Origin: the human T2T-CHM13v2.0 reference genome, Homo sapiens
Direction: 5' to 3' (one strand)
DNA: 64,000 nt
Assembly: GCF_009914755.1 (NCBI RefSeq)
Contig: NC_060926.1
Positions 1 to 20,811 of the stretch are shown in pieces. The notes below the pieces were generated by a model. It did no database searches, had not been told where the DNA came from, and saw only the letters and a list, made by a program, of their open reading frames with translations. Numbering within the stretch: position 1 is the first letter of the stretch; each line of letters starts with the position of its first letter. The position numbers were made by a program, and so were the translations under genes.

Positions 1-243
1 TTTTTTTTTTTTTTTTTTTTTTTTTTTTTGAGACAGAGTCTTGCTCTGTTGCCCAGGCTGGAGCACAGTGGTGGAATCTCGGCTCACTGCAGCCTCAGTC
101 TCCCAGGTTCAAGCCATTCTCCTGCCTCAGCCTCCTGAGTAGCTGGGACCACAGGTGTGTACCACCACGCCTGGCTAATTTTTGTATTTTTAGTAGAGAC
201 ACAGTTTCCCCATGTTGGCCAGGCTGGTCTCGAACTCCTGACC
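1..243 (-). mobile_element. Alu (AluS/J-like, 5'-truncated)
   Basis: Poly-T tail followed by Alu right and left arms. Confidence 0.9.
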
Positions 244-729
244 TGGCAAGCAGGTCCTTGAATTTGTCAGGGTTTGTCAGCCACTCCTGTTGGTAGAGGT
301 GTAATAACACCATAGTCAGGGCCACTGAAATTGAGGATTTTGACTTGCCAACCAACAGGGCATCACCTGTATCTTTGAGCAAAACTTACTGTCTGGGAGA
401 AAGGTAACATGATCTTACACATAGGGCACTCAGCCAATTCAATATATAGTCATGTGCCATATAAAGACCTTTTGGTCAACAACAGACTACATGATATTGT
501 TTGTCTCTATGTCCCCACCCAAATCTCATATCAAATTGTAATAACAGAGGGCAGAGGCACTCACTTAAATCCGGATCCACCCACCTGTGGCAAATGGCAA
601 GGACTCCTCTACATGTGGCAGTGCCCTGAATGGGAAAATTTCCCTTGACACTTTATGAGCATTCACAGTACAAGTGTGTAACACATCGATTTCATTACAC
701 ACCCTTAACAATAGATGCTATAACAGCAG

Positions 730-1421
730 TATTCATGTGCCAATTAACAATGTGAATACACTGAGAAACGTGTTATCAGATGATTTTGTCATTGTGTAAG
801 CATCATAGTATGTACTTATATAAACCTAGATGGTGTGGCCTACTACACACCTATGCTATAGGATCTAGCCTATTGCTACTAGGCTACAAACCTGTACATC
901 ATGTTACTGGACTAAATACTGTAGACAGTTGAAGCACAATGGTAAATATTTGTGTATCTAAACACAGAAAAGGTACAGTAAAATATGATATTATGGTCTT
1001 ATGGTACTGCCGTCACATATTCAGTGTATTAGTTTGTTTTCACACTGCTCTAAAGAACTGAGACTGGGTAATTTACAAGGAAAAAAGGTTTAATTGACTC
1101 ACAGTTCTGCATGGTTGAGGAGGCCTCAGGAAACTTACAGTCAAGGTGGAGGGGAAAAAGAGAAGCAAGCACCTTCTTTACAAGGCAGCAGGAGAGAGTG
1201 GGTGAGTGAAGGGGAAGTGCCACACTTTTAAACCAGCTGGTCTCACTCACTATCAGGAGAACAGCACGGGGGAAATCGCTCCCATAATCCAATTGCCTCC
1301 CACAAGGCCCCTCCCTTGACATATGGGGATTATAATTCGAGATGAGATTTGGGTGGGGGCACAGAACCAGACCATATCATGTGGTCTGTTGACCAAAATG
1401 TCATTATGTGGCACATGACTA
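730..1421 (+). mobile_element. Tigger3a/MER7-like DNA transposon interrupted by an MST LTR
   Basis: Internal ...gtacttatataaacctagatggtgtggcctactacacacc...; terminal repeat ...cattatgtggcacatgacta + TA. Confidence 0.75.
1025..1379 (-). mobile_element. MaLR LTR (MSTA/MSTB-like)
   Basis: tgtattagtttg...gagactgggtaatttac...gagatttgggtggggg...ccatatca. Confidence 0.88.
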
Positions 1422-2239
1422 TATATTGAATTGGCAGAGAGCCCTATGCATAAGATCACTTTAACTTTCTCCCCACAGTAAGTTTTGCTTAAACCATATT
1501 AATTGATTTCAGGTTTTTGTGGAGATTTTTTTTCCCCCCTACCAGAACACAGACTCACCTGCGTATGGGGGTGGGCGGGGAAGGGGTGGGGCACAGATGC
1601 TCCAACAGCTGTCAGGAGTTTAACCTTATTTTCAGACTAGGTGCGTAGGGAGAGCAAGGGAGCAAGAGGGCCTCACCTACGGGATAAAGCTGGAGTAATA
1701 GGAAGGCTTTTTTTTTTTTTTTCTATTTCACCTCATGTCAGGATTGGTACTACCTCCTCCCGTGTACCTCCCTGCCTCCGGAAAGCTCCCAGACACAGGG
1801 AATTTTTTCTTTCTGGCACATGCTGCTATAGCTCTACCTGGGAGCCTTTGGTGCCTATGTCTAACAGAACCATAAAACTTTGTGTCCTTCCCCTGCCTGA
1901 AGTTCCCCAATGTACTGGGCCTTTTCCTTAAAGCAGCTGAGGTCATCCCCTTCTTCCCCACCTCCCCACCACTAAGGGAGAGTGAGCAACAAACAAAGCA
2001 CCGTTTGGGTGGTTTCGATCCTGCCTGTCACAACCCAGCCTCTGAACAGTCATTAACAGGCAAGACAAGGGGAAGACCGTTATTAGCCATTTCCCCTCCC
2101 CAACCCCTGCCTCATACCACTTGGATGAGAGCATTTGCCACCGAAATCCAAGGAATCTTCTCATATTCCCTAACCCAGCCTGCAGGGTTTTCTTTTCCTT
2201 CCTCTTCCAGAAAGCCATGTCTCTGTCAGCATCCCATTC

Positions 2240-3955
2240 TTATTGTCAAAATTGGCAGAAACAGTGCAAATTCTAGGGTTTTACCCTACTTACAAGCTGT
2301 CAAGTTATCCTGCCACAGTTTTATAGATGCTGCCAGAAGACTTCTAAGTCAGAAAGAGAGGACTATATTATTTATAGTAAAGCCCTATTGAACCAGCAAT
2401 TTTCTTCAGAGGGCAGAGTGGGGGCCAAGGTTTCCCCCAAAGGGGTAACTGCCACTTCTTACTGTAAAGATGAAATACTGCTGGGGCCAGGATGTCCGTG
2501 TTCTTGAATCTACCATTTCCATTTTACAAGTGAGGCTTGTTGGGCCCTTTCTACCTTGTTAGTAGCTGAGTCCAACTTGACCCACCTCAAGATGGGAAAA
2601 AGTCAAAGAGTCACAAGGTCTCCTCAGCTAGAGTGTTCACTTTTGAGAAGAGCTCAGTACCTCTTGCTACTAGTTACTCAAGGTAATAGCTACTTTTCAA
2701 AAAGAGTGTACCTGATAGCTATGTCAGAGGGAAACAAGTCCAAAACCCCAAAGGGTGTCTTCAGGCAGAGGCTCTAATCAGTACAGATTCATAGCTCAAA
2801 AAAGTCATTAGGATTGCAGAGCCCCTAACATAAGCTTGCTGGACAGCTTCTAACTCAGCCTGTTGGACTGGGCCCTATTAAAAGGATGCCAGTCTGTAGG
2901 TTAGCCAAGATTAAGGCCATAGTGAGGCACATGCCACATCCTGTACCCAGAGCCCGTCAAGGTGCTGGGCCTCATTTTATGGTGGTTGAGGTGGAGGTAG
3001 GGGGACTGCAAAAAGGCAATAGTTTTTCTTTGACTGCCAAAAGGACTGCCCATTATGAATCTGCCCAGATAGACCCAATAAACTTTATCTGGTAAGCAGT
3101 CCACCTAATTTTGTCAGGGCTTATGAGCCACTGCTGCTAGTGGAAACACGGTAACTACCACATTCATGACTATTGAGACTAAGGCTTTTGACTTGCTAAC
3201 CAATAGGACATCATCTATACAGTGAAACTTGTGGATATCAGAGGGTACAAGCATTCAGGCTAAATCCCAACCCACCCACTGGTGGAAAATGGTAGATGAG
3301 TAGGTATCCTTAAGGGAGTACTACAAATGTTTACAAACTGATCTTAGTCCTCAGGTGTCAGTGGTGTATGAAAGGTGTGTTGACAATGTCCAAGACAGAG
3401 TACCAAGAGTCAGCTGTCTGTAGAATGGATTCAGTAAGTCGCAATGTTTGGAACAGCTAAAGTATGGAGGCAACAAATGAATTCAGTTGGTAATAATGCA
3501 CTGTAAGTCTCCAGCTCCATTAGCAAATTTTACTGGCCATACAGGAATGTTGTATTTAGATAATGCATTTCTTAATTTTTCTGCTGCCTTTAGGTCCTTA
3601 ATGAAGGCCATGGTTTCCCTTTGTCCTCCTAGGATTCTGCAAATTTTTTTATTGAGCCATCTGGAAGGGGACATGGAGACAGGCAAGTAGTAATTTGTAT
3701 GTCACACTAGCACTTCTTTACACATGACTCTTCCAATCATTCTGATGTTTATGTAATGGAGATGATCCAGCATATAACACAATAACTCCTCATATACATT
3801 CAGATGTAGGAACAACCACAGTTGTTGTTAGGTCAGTTAAATTGGCCTAAAGAGCCTCACCTGGAAGGTTTAGTTCCCTTCTCCATTGTGAACTATGCCC
3901 AAATCCCATAAGCTGAATCTAGGTGACTTTTCCTTACTTCCTGGGGTAGGAAGAA
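2240..3955 (-). mobile_element. ERVL-class LTR fragment plus degraded internal pol
   Basis: ORF 3483..3686 RILGG..IKDLKAA...IPVWPVK resembles the ERVL RT N-terminus; MER68/77-like LTR sequence at ~2240-2390. Confidence 0.6.
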
Positions 3956-5380
3956 ACTTTGCCCACCACCAGCAAAGCCGCACCACCACTGCCATAAACT
4001 CTCCCAACCTAGGCCACTGAGATGCAAATGACACAAGCACAGATTACAGCTGAAGAAACTACATGGTGACTATACTACTGTGTCCATCCAGAATCAAATC
4101 CAGTGTACCCTGCTGAACCAACACCCAAGACCCATCTAAACAAATAAGTCTTTCCCTACAAAACCTTCCCCAAAAGATGTGACTATTACACCAGATATGT
4201 GAAATCTACATAGAGACATATCAAACATGAAAAAGCAAGGAAACATGACACAAAGGAACACGATAATTATCTAGTAACAGACCCCTAGCATAAGGAAATA
4301 CATAAAATTCCAGAAAAATATTCAAAATAATAATCTTAAGGAAACACTGAGATACAAGAGAATACAGATTGAGGATTCAATGAAATCAGGGGAAAAATCA
4401 TGATTTGAATGAGTACTTCAACAAAGAGATAGATGTCATTAAAAAAAGAACCACAGGAATGCTATGAGGAATTAAATGAATGAAATAAAAAATACAATCA
4501 AGAGCTTTAACATCAGACTAGACCAAGCAGAATAAAAAATTTCTGAATTTGTAGACAGGTCCTTTGAAATAACACAGGCAGACAAAAAACATCTTCACCT
4601 ATCAAGTATAACCTTGAATATAAATGAATTAAATGCCGATTTTAAAAATACACACTGGATGAATGGATAAACATAACAAGATGCAAATATATGTTGCCTA
4701 AAATAGAATCACTTCACGTCAAACACTTGAAAGCAAAGAGAGAGAAAAAGATATTCCACACAAACAGAAACGAAAAGCAAGCAGGGATAGCTATACCTAT
4801 ATCAGACAAAACAGACTTCAAGTAAAAAGCTGTCAAAAGAAACAATGAAGAACATTATATAATAATAACAAAAGGAACAAGTCAGCAAGAAAATAACAAT
4901 TGTAAATGTATATGCACCCAATACCACAGCACCCAGATATATAAAGCAAATATTATTAGATCTAAAGAGAGGGATAGGCTCCAATACGATAATAGATGGA
5001 GACTTCAACAATCCACTATTAGCATTGGAGACATCCCTAGAAAGAAAATCAAAAAGAAACATTGGATTTAAACTACATCATAGACCAAAGGGACTTAACA
5101 GACATTTACAGTACATTTCACCTAACAGCTGCAGAAAATACATTCTTTTCTTCAGAGCACAGAACATTCTTCAGGAATGACCATATGTTAGGACACAAAA
5201 CAAGTCTCAAAAAATTTTCAAATTTGAAATCTTATCTAGTCTCTTATCTGACCACAATGGAATAAATGTAGAAATCAGTAAGATAAACATTTAAAATAAT
5301 ACAAATACATGGAAATTAAACAACATATTCCTGAATAACCACTGCGTGAAGAAAGAAATTAAGGATTAAAGTTCATTGAG

Positions 5381-5675
5381 GGTCAGGTGCGGTAGCTCAT
5401 GCCTGTAATCCCAGCACTTTGGGAGGCTGAGGCGGGTGGATCATTTGAGGTCAGCAGTTTGAGACTAGCCTGGCCAACATGGTGAAACCCCATCTCTACT
5501 AAACATACAAAAATTATCTGGGCAGTAGTGGAGCATGCCTGTAATCCAAGCTACTAGGGAGGCTGAGGCAAGAGAATCGCTTGAGTCTGGGAGGTGAAGG
5601 TCGTGGTGAGTCAAGATCGTGCCACTGCACTCCAGTCTGGGCAACAGAGATCCTGTCTCAGAAAAAAAAAAAAAG
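5381..5675 (+). mobile_element. Alu (AluS)
   Basis: Full dimeric Alu with A tail. Confidence 0.93.
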
Positions 5676-6008
5676 AAACAGAAGAAGAGACATCAAAATG
5701 GATACCACAGAAATAAAAAAAAAATCATTAGAGACTACCATGAACAAGAATATACCAATAAATTTGAAAACCTAGAGGAAATGGATATATTCCTGGAAAC
5801 ATACAACCTACCAAGATTGAACCAAGAAGAAATAGAAAGTCTGAACAGACCAATAAGAAGTAATGAGACTGAATTAGTAATAAAACATCTCCTAACAAAG
5901 AAAAGTCCAGGACCAAATTGCTTAATCTGAATTCTACCAAAGTTTAAAGAAGAATTAATACCAATTCTTCTCAAACTATTCCAAAAAATTGAAGCTGATA
6001 AAACTCTT

Positions 6009-6203
6009 TGTATTAGTTTGTTCTCACACTGTTATAAAAAACTACCTGAGACTGGGTAATTTATGAAGAAAAGAGGTTTAATTGACTCACAGTTCCACAG
6101 GCTTAACAGGAAGCATGGCTGGGAGGCCTCAGGAAACTTACAATCATGGCAAAAGGTGAGGAAAAGCAAGCACCTTCTTCACATGGTGGCAGGAGAGAGA
6201 GAC

Positions 6204-6252
<49 letters not shown>

Positions 6253-6414
6253 GAGGTGCCCACACTTTTAAACCATCAGATCTCCTGATAACTCACTCAC
6301 TATCATGAGAACAGCAAGAGAGAAATCCTCCCCCATGATGCAATCATCTCCCACAAGTCCCCTTATCCAATTTGACATTACATTTGGGTGGGGATGCAAA
6401 TCCAAACCATATCA
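6009..6414 (-). mobile_element. MaLR LTR (MSTA/B-like) containing a (GA)n tract
   Basis: tgtattagtttgttctcacactg...ccatatca; ctctt flanks on both sides. Confidence 0.88.
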
Positions 6415-7122
6415 CTCTTCCTAACTCATTGTATGAGACCAGCATCACCCTGATACCAAAAGCAGACAATGACACAACAAAAAAAGAAAGAAAACTACAG
6501 GCCAATATCCCTGATTAATGTAGATGCAAAAGTCCTAAACAAAATGCTAACAAATCAAATCCATTAATACAACATGATCAAGTGGGATTTATCCCAGGAA
6601 CTCAAGGATGGTTCAGCATGTGCAAATCACTAAACATGATACATCATATAAACAGAAAGAACGAAAAAAACCATATGATTATCTCAATAGATTAGAAAAA
6701 GGATTTGATAAAATTCAACATCCCTTTATGATAAAAACTCTTAATTAGGTATAAAAGGAAAGTACCTCAATACTCAATTCAATGTATTTAATACACTTCA
6801 GTATACAATAAAGGCCATACATGACAAACCCACAGCTAACATCATACTGAATGGGGGAAAAACTTTCAACTAAGAACTGGAACAAGACACCACCACCCAC
6901 TCTAACCACTTTTATTCAACATAGTACTGGAAGTTCTAGCCAGAGTAATTAGCCAAGAGAAAGAAATTAAGGACATCCAAATTGGAAAGGAGGACGTCAA
7001 ATTATCCCTGTTTGCAGAGACATGATCTTATACATAGAAAAATGTAAAGACTCTACCAAAAACTCTTATAACTGATCAATGAATTCAGTAAAAATTAAGG
7101 ATACAATCAACATACAAAAATC

Positions 7123-13710
<6,588 letters not shown>

Positions 13711-15649
13711 AAACAACAAAAATTAGTAGTTTCTATACACAGTGAGCTAGCTAAAAAAGAAATCAAGGAGGCAATCCCATTTACCATAGCTATACTAAAA
13801 ATAAAATACCTAGGAATAAATTTAACCAAGGAGGTAAAAGACTTCTACAAGGAAAACTATGAAACACTGAGGAAAGAAAGAAGATAAAAACAAATGGAAA
13901 GATAGACCATATTCATGAATTGTAAGAATTAATATTTTTAAAACATCCATACTACCCAATGCAGTCTACAGATTCAATCCAATTCCCACTAAAACTCCAA
14001 TGTCATTTTTCACAGAAATAGAAAAAATAATCCTAAAACCCATATGGAACCATAAAATACCCCAAACAGCCAAAGCAATCTCGAGCAAAAAGAACAAAGC
14101 TAGATGCATCACAACTCCCCGGTTTCAAATTATGTTATAAAGCTATTGTAATAAAAACAGCATGGCACTGGCACAAAGACACATAAACCAATGGAACAGG
14201 TAGACAACCCAGTAATAAACCCAAGTATTCAGTATTTATAATTAGTTGATATTTGACAAAGATGCCAAAAACACAAAAGGGAAAGAACAGACTCTTTAAT
14301 AAATGATGTTGGGAAAAATAGATATGGCCCAGAAGATAAAATTGGACACTTATCTCACACCATACACAAAAATCATCTCAAAATGTATAAAAGACTTATA
14401 TGTAAGATGTGGAAATGTGGAATTGTAAAGTTAATAGAGGAAAACATAAGGGAAAATCTCCACAATACTGGTCTATGCAATGATTTCTTGGATAGGACTC
14501 CAAAAATGCAGGCACCAAAAGCAAAAATAAGACAAATGGAGTTGCATCAAATCAAAAGCTTCTGTACAGAAAAGGAAACAATGAACAGAGTGAAGAGACA
14601 AAACATGAACTGGAAGAAAATATCTGCAAACCATACAGCTGATAAGGGGCTAATATTCAAAATATATAAGGTACACAAACAACCCAAAAGCAAGAAAACA
14701 AATAACCTAATTTTAAAATGGGCAAAGGAACTGAACAGACATGGCTCAAAGGAAGACATATGAAAGGCCAATAGATATACTAAAAATACTCAATATCTCT
14801 GATCATCAGAGAAATGCAAATTGAAACCACAATATGATATCATTTCATGCCTGTTACAAGGGCTATTATCAAAAAGAAGAATGATACGTGTTGGCAAGGA
14901 TGTGGAGAAAAGGGAACCCTTGTACACTATTTGTGGGAATATAAATTAGTACAGCCATTTTAGAAAGTAGTATGGAGGTTCCCAATAAAACTAAAAATAG
15001 AATTACCATATGGTCCAGCAATCCTACTTCTGGGTATATATCCAAAGGATTTGAAGTTGGTATATCAAAGAGATATCTGCATCCATCCCCGTGTTTACTG
15101 TTGTGCTATTGTAATAGCTAAGAGATGGAAGCAACTTAAGTGTCTATCAACAGATCAATGGATAAAGAAAATATAGTATATGTACACAGTGGAATACTAC
15201 GCAGCCTTAAAAAAGAAGAAAATTCTGTCTGTGGATAAAATAATTGCAAGGTGCATTTCACATGCATGGTTTTGGTTGATTCCAAGTACAGAATTAGCAA
15301 GGACAAGGTTTTGGAGAGATTACGGCATATTTCCCAACAGTACCATCAATCATTAGTAAGGGATTTAAATTTAATGCATGGAATTCATGGCTTAAAGAGG
15401 GCAGTTAAATATAAATGGATGAATCGGAGATATGAGGTTAATGATGTCACATATATCACTCTCTGCCTTCATTAACCCTAATCTTCCGCAGACCCTACAG
15501 GCTTTTAAACTCAATTAGAGCTCTTACCACTTACCCTTTGTGGAAATAATCTTGCTGCCTTATGCCTGACATTTAGTGTGTCAGAGCTAGATGGTTCATC
15601 CACCTTCAGAGTATTAAAATGATTGCATTTCCTATGACTATGTGATTGA

Positions 15650-16051
<402 letters not shown>

Positions 16052-16074
16052 GACCCTGCAGTATTTTTAACTAA

Positions 16075-17640
16075 ACTAATTCAACAGATATTTACTACTG
16101 CCTACCGTGGACTCATCACTATTAGTGGTGAGTTCTAAGTAGTAAGAGCTCTAATTATGTATGTCTTTGAGTTTAAAATACTCATCATTATTACTAGATA
16201 GTAAGATACAGTGGTAAATAAGACTAAATCTCAGTACCATCTGTAATTTAAAGTCAAATGGGAGTAACAGACAATAAATGACTAAAGAAACATAATATGA
16301 TACCAGGAAATGATATATGAAGAAAGAATACTAGGGATGGAGGAGGGTGGATGGGTAGATAATTACTTTACATAGAGTGGTCAGAGGAGCCCCCAAACCC
16401 AGCCTCCACTAAGGAGGGAACATCTGAGCAGAGTCCTAAATGGTGTGAATGAATGAACCCTGAGAAGATCCGCAGGGGAGAGCACTCCCCTGACAGAGAA
16501 GAATATTAGAAAGAGCTTGAGGCTGGAATAAGTTTAGTTTGTTCAAGGAATAGTAAGAATACTAATGTGGCTGAAGCAGAGTGAACAAAGGGAACAATGC
16601 TAACACATGAGGACAGAAAGATTAAATAGGGGCATTGTAGATGATGGTGAGAAGTTTGGACTTTATTCCAGGCATGAAAACACGCCATTGAAGAATACTG
16701 ATCAGAGGAGTGACATGATTTAGATTTCGTCTTTACAAGATCGGTCTGGCTGCTATGAGAAGAACAAACCAGATAGAGGCAAAATTGGAAGTAGGAAAAC
16801 AGCTTTTATAGCAGACAGGAGAGATGAAAGTAGCTTGGTCTAAGGTGATAGCAATGACAGTGGTGGATTTCAGATACATTTTGAATACAGAATTAACAAG
16901 ACTTGATGGTGGATTGGATATAAGAGATGAGAGAAACCACGATATCAAGGCTGACTCCTAGGGTGTTGGTCTTAACAGTTTAGAGGTGCCATTTATAAGA
17001 ATATAAACTCCACAAGAACATTTATTTTTGTCTTTTTTGAATATAAGCTCCACAAGAACATTTATTTTTGTCTTTTATGTTCAACAACATATTTCATTCA
17101 CCTAGAAATAATGCCTGAAATGTTTATATGCTGAAAAGATTAAAGGAATAGGCAACATTAAGAGGAGGGAATCTAAATTAGGGGTGGAGAGTTAGTGGAG
17201 GTGAAATTAAGAATTCAGTCTTCGTCATGTTAAGTTTGACGTTTCTATAAGCTATCTAAGTGAAGTAAGTTTTTACATATACGCTCTTGGAGTTCAAAGA
17301 AGAGCCCCAAGATGTGGAAGTTATTCATTTATAAATTATATTTAAAGTTACAGGGCTGAATGAATAACCTATTATTCAGGTTAGAGAGTTAGAGAAAAAA
17401 TAAAATACAAGGTTAGAGAAAAAAATAAAATACAAGGACTGGGTGTGAGACAATTGAGACCTCCCCAGCAAAGAGTAGTCAACGAAGAAGGAAGAAAACT
17501 AGGAGAATGTAATATTACAAAAGGCCAGTGAAAAAGATCAGTTTCAAGAAAAGGGTGGAACTATTTTGTCAAATGCGGCTAAGTAGTCACAGAGATGAGG
17601 ACTGAGAACTGATAACCACATTTGGTAATATATTAGTCAT
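16075..17640 (-). mobile_element. L2 (LINE2) remnant
   Basis: L2-like sequence (ttcaacagatatttact...; ggatt...cagatacattttga; ORFs 16506 and 16733 are typical L2 text). Confidence 0.7.
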
Positions 17641-17649
17641 TGGGGACTC

Positions 17650-18830
17650 AGTTGTGGGTTCATTGGAATGTGGTTCAGGGTCAAGATGACAAGGGTATGG
17701 CTGTAAGATCTGTTAAGGCCTCAAAAAGATTTAAGGTGGTGACTCATAGGCCTACTCAGCTAGACAAAAATTATTTTAAGAATCTTAAGTGGCATCTCAG
17801 GCCTTCTTTGCCAGACAAGGGCACTTCTAAATTTCTTAAGGACATTTTGCCACAGCACCCTGACTCTCAGCCCAAGGAAACAGGGGCCTGTCTTGAAGAT
17901 ATTTAGAAGTGTAACATTTGACTAATTGAGATCTTAATTTGATACACAGGAAGCCCACAAAATCTTTAAGAGAATAATAGCATCTTAGACTGAAAGGAAC
18001 AGGGATAGTTTAGAAAGAAAAGACACATATGTGAAATTTCAGCCTTCACTGAAAGCAAAAATGAAAAGACACATTTGAACTTTCAACTTCCCTCACACTG
18101 AACATGGGCTGCAACTACAAACAGAAGTTATTTCTTATGGAAAAAGGCTTATTCAAAGGGTAAGGCCAAAACATGAGGGCAAGGCCAAGAACTTCAGAAT
18201 TGCTATGGTCAACTGACTGATATATGCCTCATGTTTTCCCTCCCTCTACATTTAGAATTTAAGTGTCTGTTCCAATTTTCCTGTTCTTGGCTCATCATTG
18301 TATGTAGGGGACAGATGGTCTCTTCAATTCATAGATTTTAAGTCTGAAAGGAGCCATACCTAAAAAGCCTCACCCACATGAACTTTAGTTAGATAAAAAC
18401 ATTTTGTACTTCAAGCCTGAGCTTGATGCAGTAATAGCATGACATTGAGGATCTTGGGAGGCAAGTGAGTATATTTTGCATGTGGGAGGAATATGATTTA
18501 CTTGGAACTTAGTTAATCTCCAAATATGGCCCCCAATGCACACCCCTCCCAAGATTCATGCCCTTCTGTAGTCTCTTCCCATACTGAATCAGGACTGAGT
18601 ATGGGACTTGCTGTAATTAACAGAAGTTAGTGAGGGTGACCCTGTGCTCGTCCCAAGCCTATGTCTTAAGAAGACCTGAAGGTTCTGTTTTTGTATTTTG
18701 GAAGCCTTGAGCTGCCACATAAAAAGCTCAGCAGCCTTGTTAGAGAGATTACATAGAAAGAGCACAAGAAGAAGCCCCATGGAGAAGGAGAAGGATAATT
18801 CCCAAGATTACACGGAAAGAGAGATCTATA

Positions 18831-18877
<47 letters not shown>

Positions 18878-19180
18878 AAATCTGAGATATATATATATCT
18901 GAGACAGAAAGAAGGAAACAGACACATTAAACCAGATGTTCTTGCATCCCAGATGAGCCCAGCCCTAACAGCTATTCAAGGTGTCAGACATGTAAGTGAG
19001 TGATCATGAGTGTTCCAGCCTAATCAAGCTCCTAGATAAGTCCATCTAACATCCAACGTCAAGTGGAGCAGAAGAACTGCCCAACAAGCAAGTCAACCCC
19101 ACAGTATCTTGAGAGATAATAAAACATCTTTTTTAATCCACTAGGTTTTGGAGTGGTTTGTTATACAGCAATAAATAACT
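17650..19180 (+). mobile_element. MLT1 (MaLR) internal fragment plus LTR
   Basis: LTR 3' end ...ccactaggttttggagtggtttgttatacagcaataaataac; purine tract before ~18500. Confidence 0.7.
18835..18876 (+). repeat. (TCTA)n tetranucleotide microsatellite
   Basis: About 10 tandem TCTA units. Confidence 0.95.
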
Positions 19181-20549
19181 TACTTATCAAGTGAAAGTTG
19201 AATATTTTGGAAGTCAGACTGAATGTAATACATACATTAAAAGGTAAACTACAAACTATGTGCCCATACAAGTGGTTAATATCTTGAAAATAAAAAGAGC
19301 TCATTATAAAACCTAAACAAAATCCCCAAGTCTTCAAACAAAAAAATGGACAAAGGACATGATCTGTCTACTCATAGCAGGGAAAACCAAAATGACTAAT
19401 GAGCAAAAAAAAGTGTTAATCATTATTTAAAAGACCATTAATACTCAAATACTGTTGGTAAGAATGTAAAGTGGTACAGTCTTTCTGGAGAGCAATTTGT
19501 TAGCATGCCATTTCTGTAAATACATTAGGAGATAATCACAGATCCACAGATCTAAATAAATAAGCAAAAGAATGTTAATTTCAAACTTAATGTCCAACAA
19601 TATGAAAACTGTTTAAAAACTTATGGAATATTAATATTTGAGGATATTCTACATCTTGCAGATTTTTAAGAAAATTCAAGTGGCATGCATGTAAAGTCAA
19701 AAAATAAAAATTATATGTCTATTTTGATTCAAGCTTTTAAAATTCATAAAAGATATACGTACATATGCATAAGAAAGACTAAAAGAAAATAAAATTGTTA
19801 AATCTAGCAGTAGAATTATAACTGCTTTTATTTTTTCTTTTACATTTCTCTCCATTTTCTAAATTTTCTGTGACTGTGCATTACTTTCACATTCAGAAAA
19901 AACAAGAATGTTATTTGACATAGGTAACTGAGAGTAATTCCCAGTTAAAATTATGTCTTTTGAAATTTGGGAGAGAATTTAGAAATGACCTAGTCTGATC
20001 TACCATTCAAATAATGAGAAAAATAGGTCTAGAGACTTAGATGCCCAAGCTAGTATTTAGAAGCAGAATCTCACTTAGAACTCAAATTCTTTATCTTCTG
20101 ACCTATATATCTTTTTATACCATTTGATGAACTACCTGTAATAGTTATTCCAATAAGATATAAAGATATAAGTAGAATGGCTGTCATTTTGAGAAAGTCT
20201 ATTATTTGGTGTACCTTTAAATTCACACTCTTATTCTCATTTTAAACTATAAAATTATTTGTAATAAGGAGAACATGTTATTTCCTATAATATAATAGTT
20301 TTACTAAGAATTTCCACTGAAATAACTCCTCAGGCTTTTAAATTTCCTTTGAATTTACATTTTGTTATTGTCGTTACACTTTCAGCTGAATTACCAACCC
20401 AAGAGATTAATTTGTATTACTGGCATCTCAAATCACTTTGCTTTTCTTGAAAGTTTTTTATCCTCATTTCTTGATTGATATAAGTAAAGCAGGAATATTT
20501 AATATACTTAGACACATTTCCACTTGGAGACATTTGAATGCATTTTCGA

Positions 20550-20555
20550 TTTATT
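20550..20555 (-). promoter_or_regulatory. Candidate AATAAA polyadenylation signal for the read-through (short) isoform
   Basis: tttatt on + at 20550-20555, ~110 nt past the stop at 20665; ATTAAA also at 20560-20565. Confidence 0.5.
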
Positions 20556-20811
20556 TGTATTTAATTTTTTAAAATAGATTATTTTGTCTCCCTAGTCTTA
20601 TACTTCTAATATAAGGGCAGACACCTTGAGCTCAAGGCCTTCTTTTGGGTCTTGGCTTTGAAAGCTACCTTTTAATTTTTAATCTGGTGGAAACTAAGCC
20701 TGTGTTCTCCCTTTCAGCTAAGTTTAGATTGTTGTTTTGCCAGCTAATTTCTGTTGGAGATGAATCTAAGTTCCTGCTCTTTGGATTTATACAGATACTC
20801 CTCAAATTTAC

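Noticed and set aside
1641-2391. 169-aa ORF and overlapping ORFs
   Set aside because: No recognisable domain or splice context, non-ATG start, and set among LTR-element debris.
16998-17440. Short direct repeats (ctccacaagaacatttatttttgtctttt x2; ttagagaaaaaaataaaatacaagg x2)
   Set aside because: Two-copy local slippage duplications in L2-derived sequence; no array or spacer structure.
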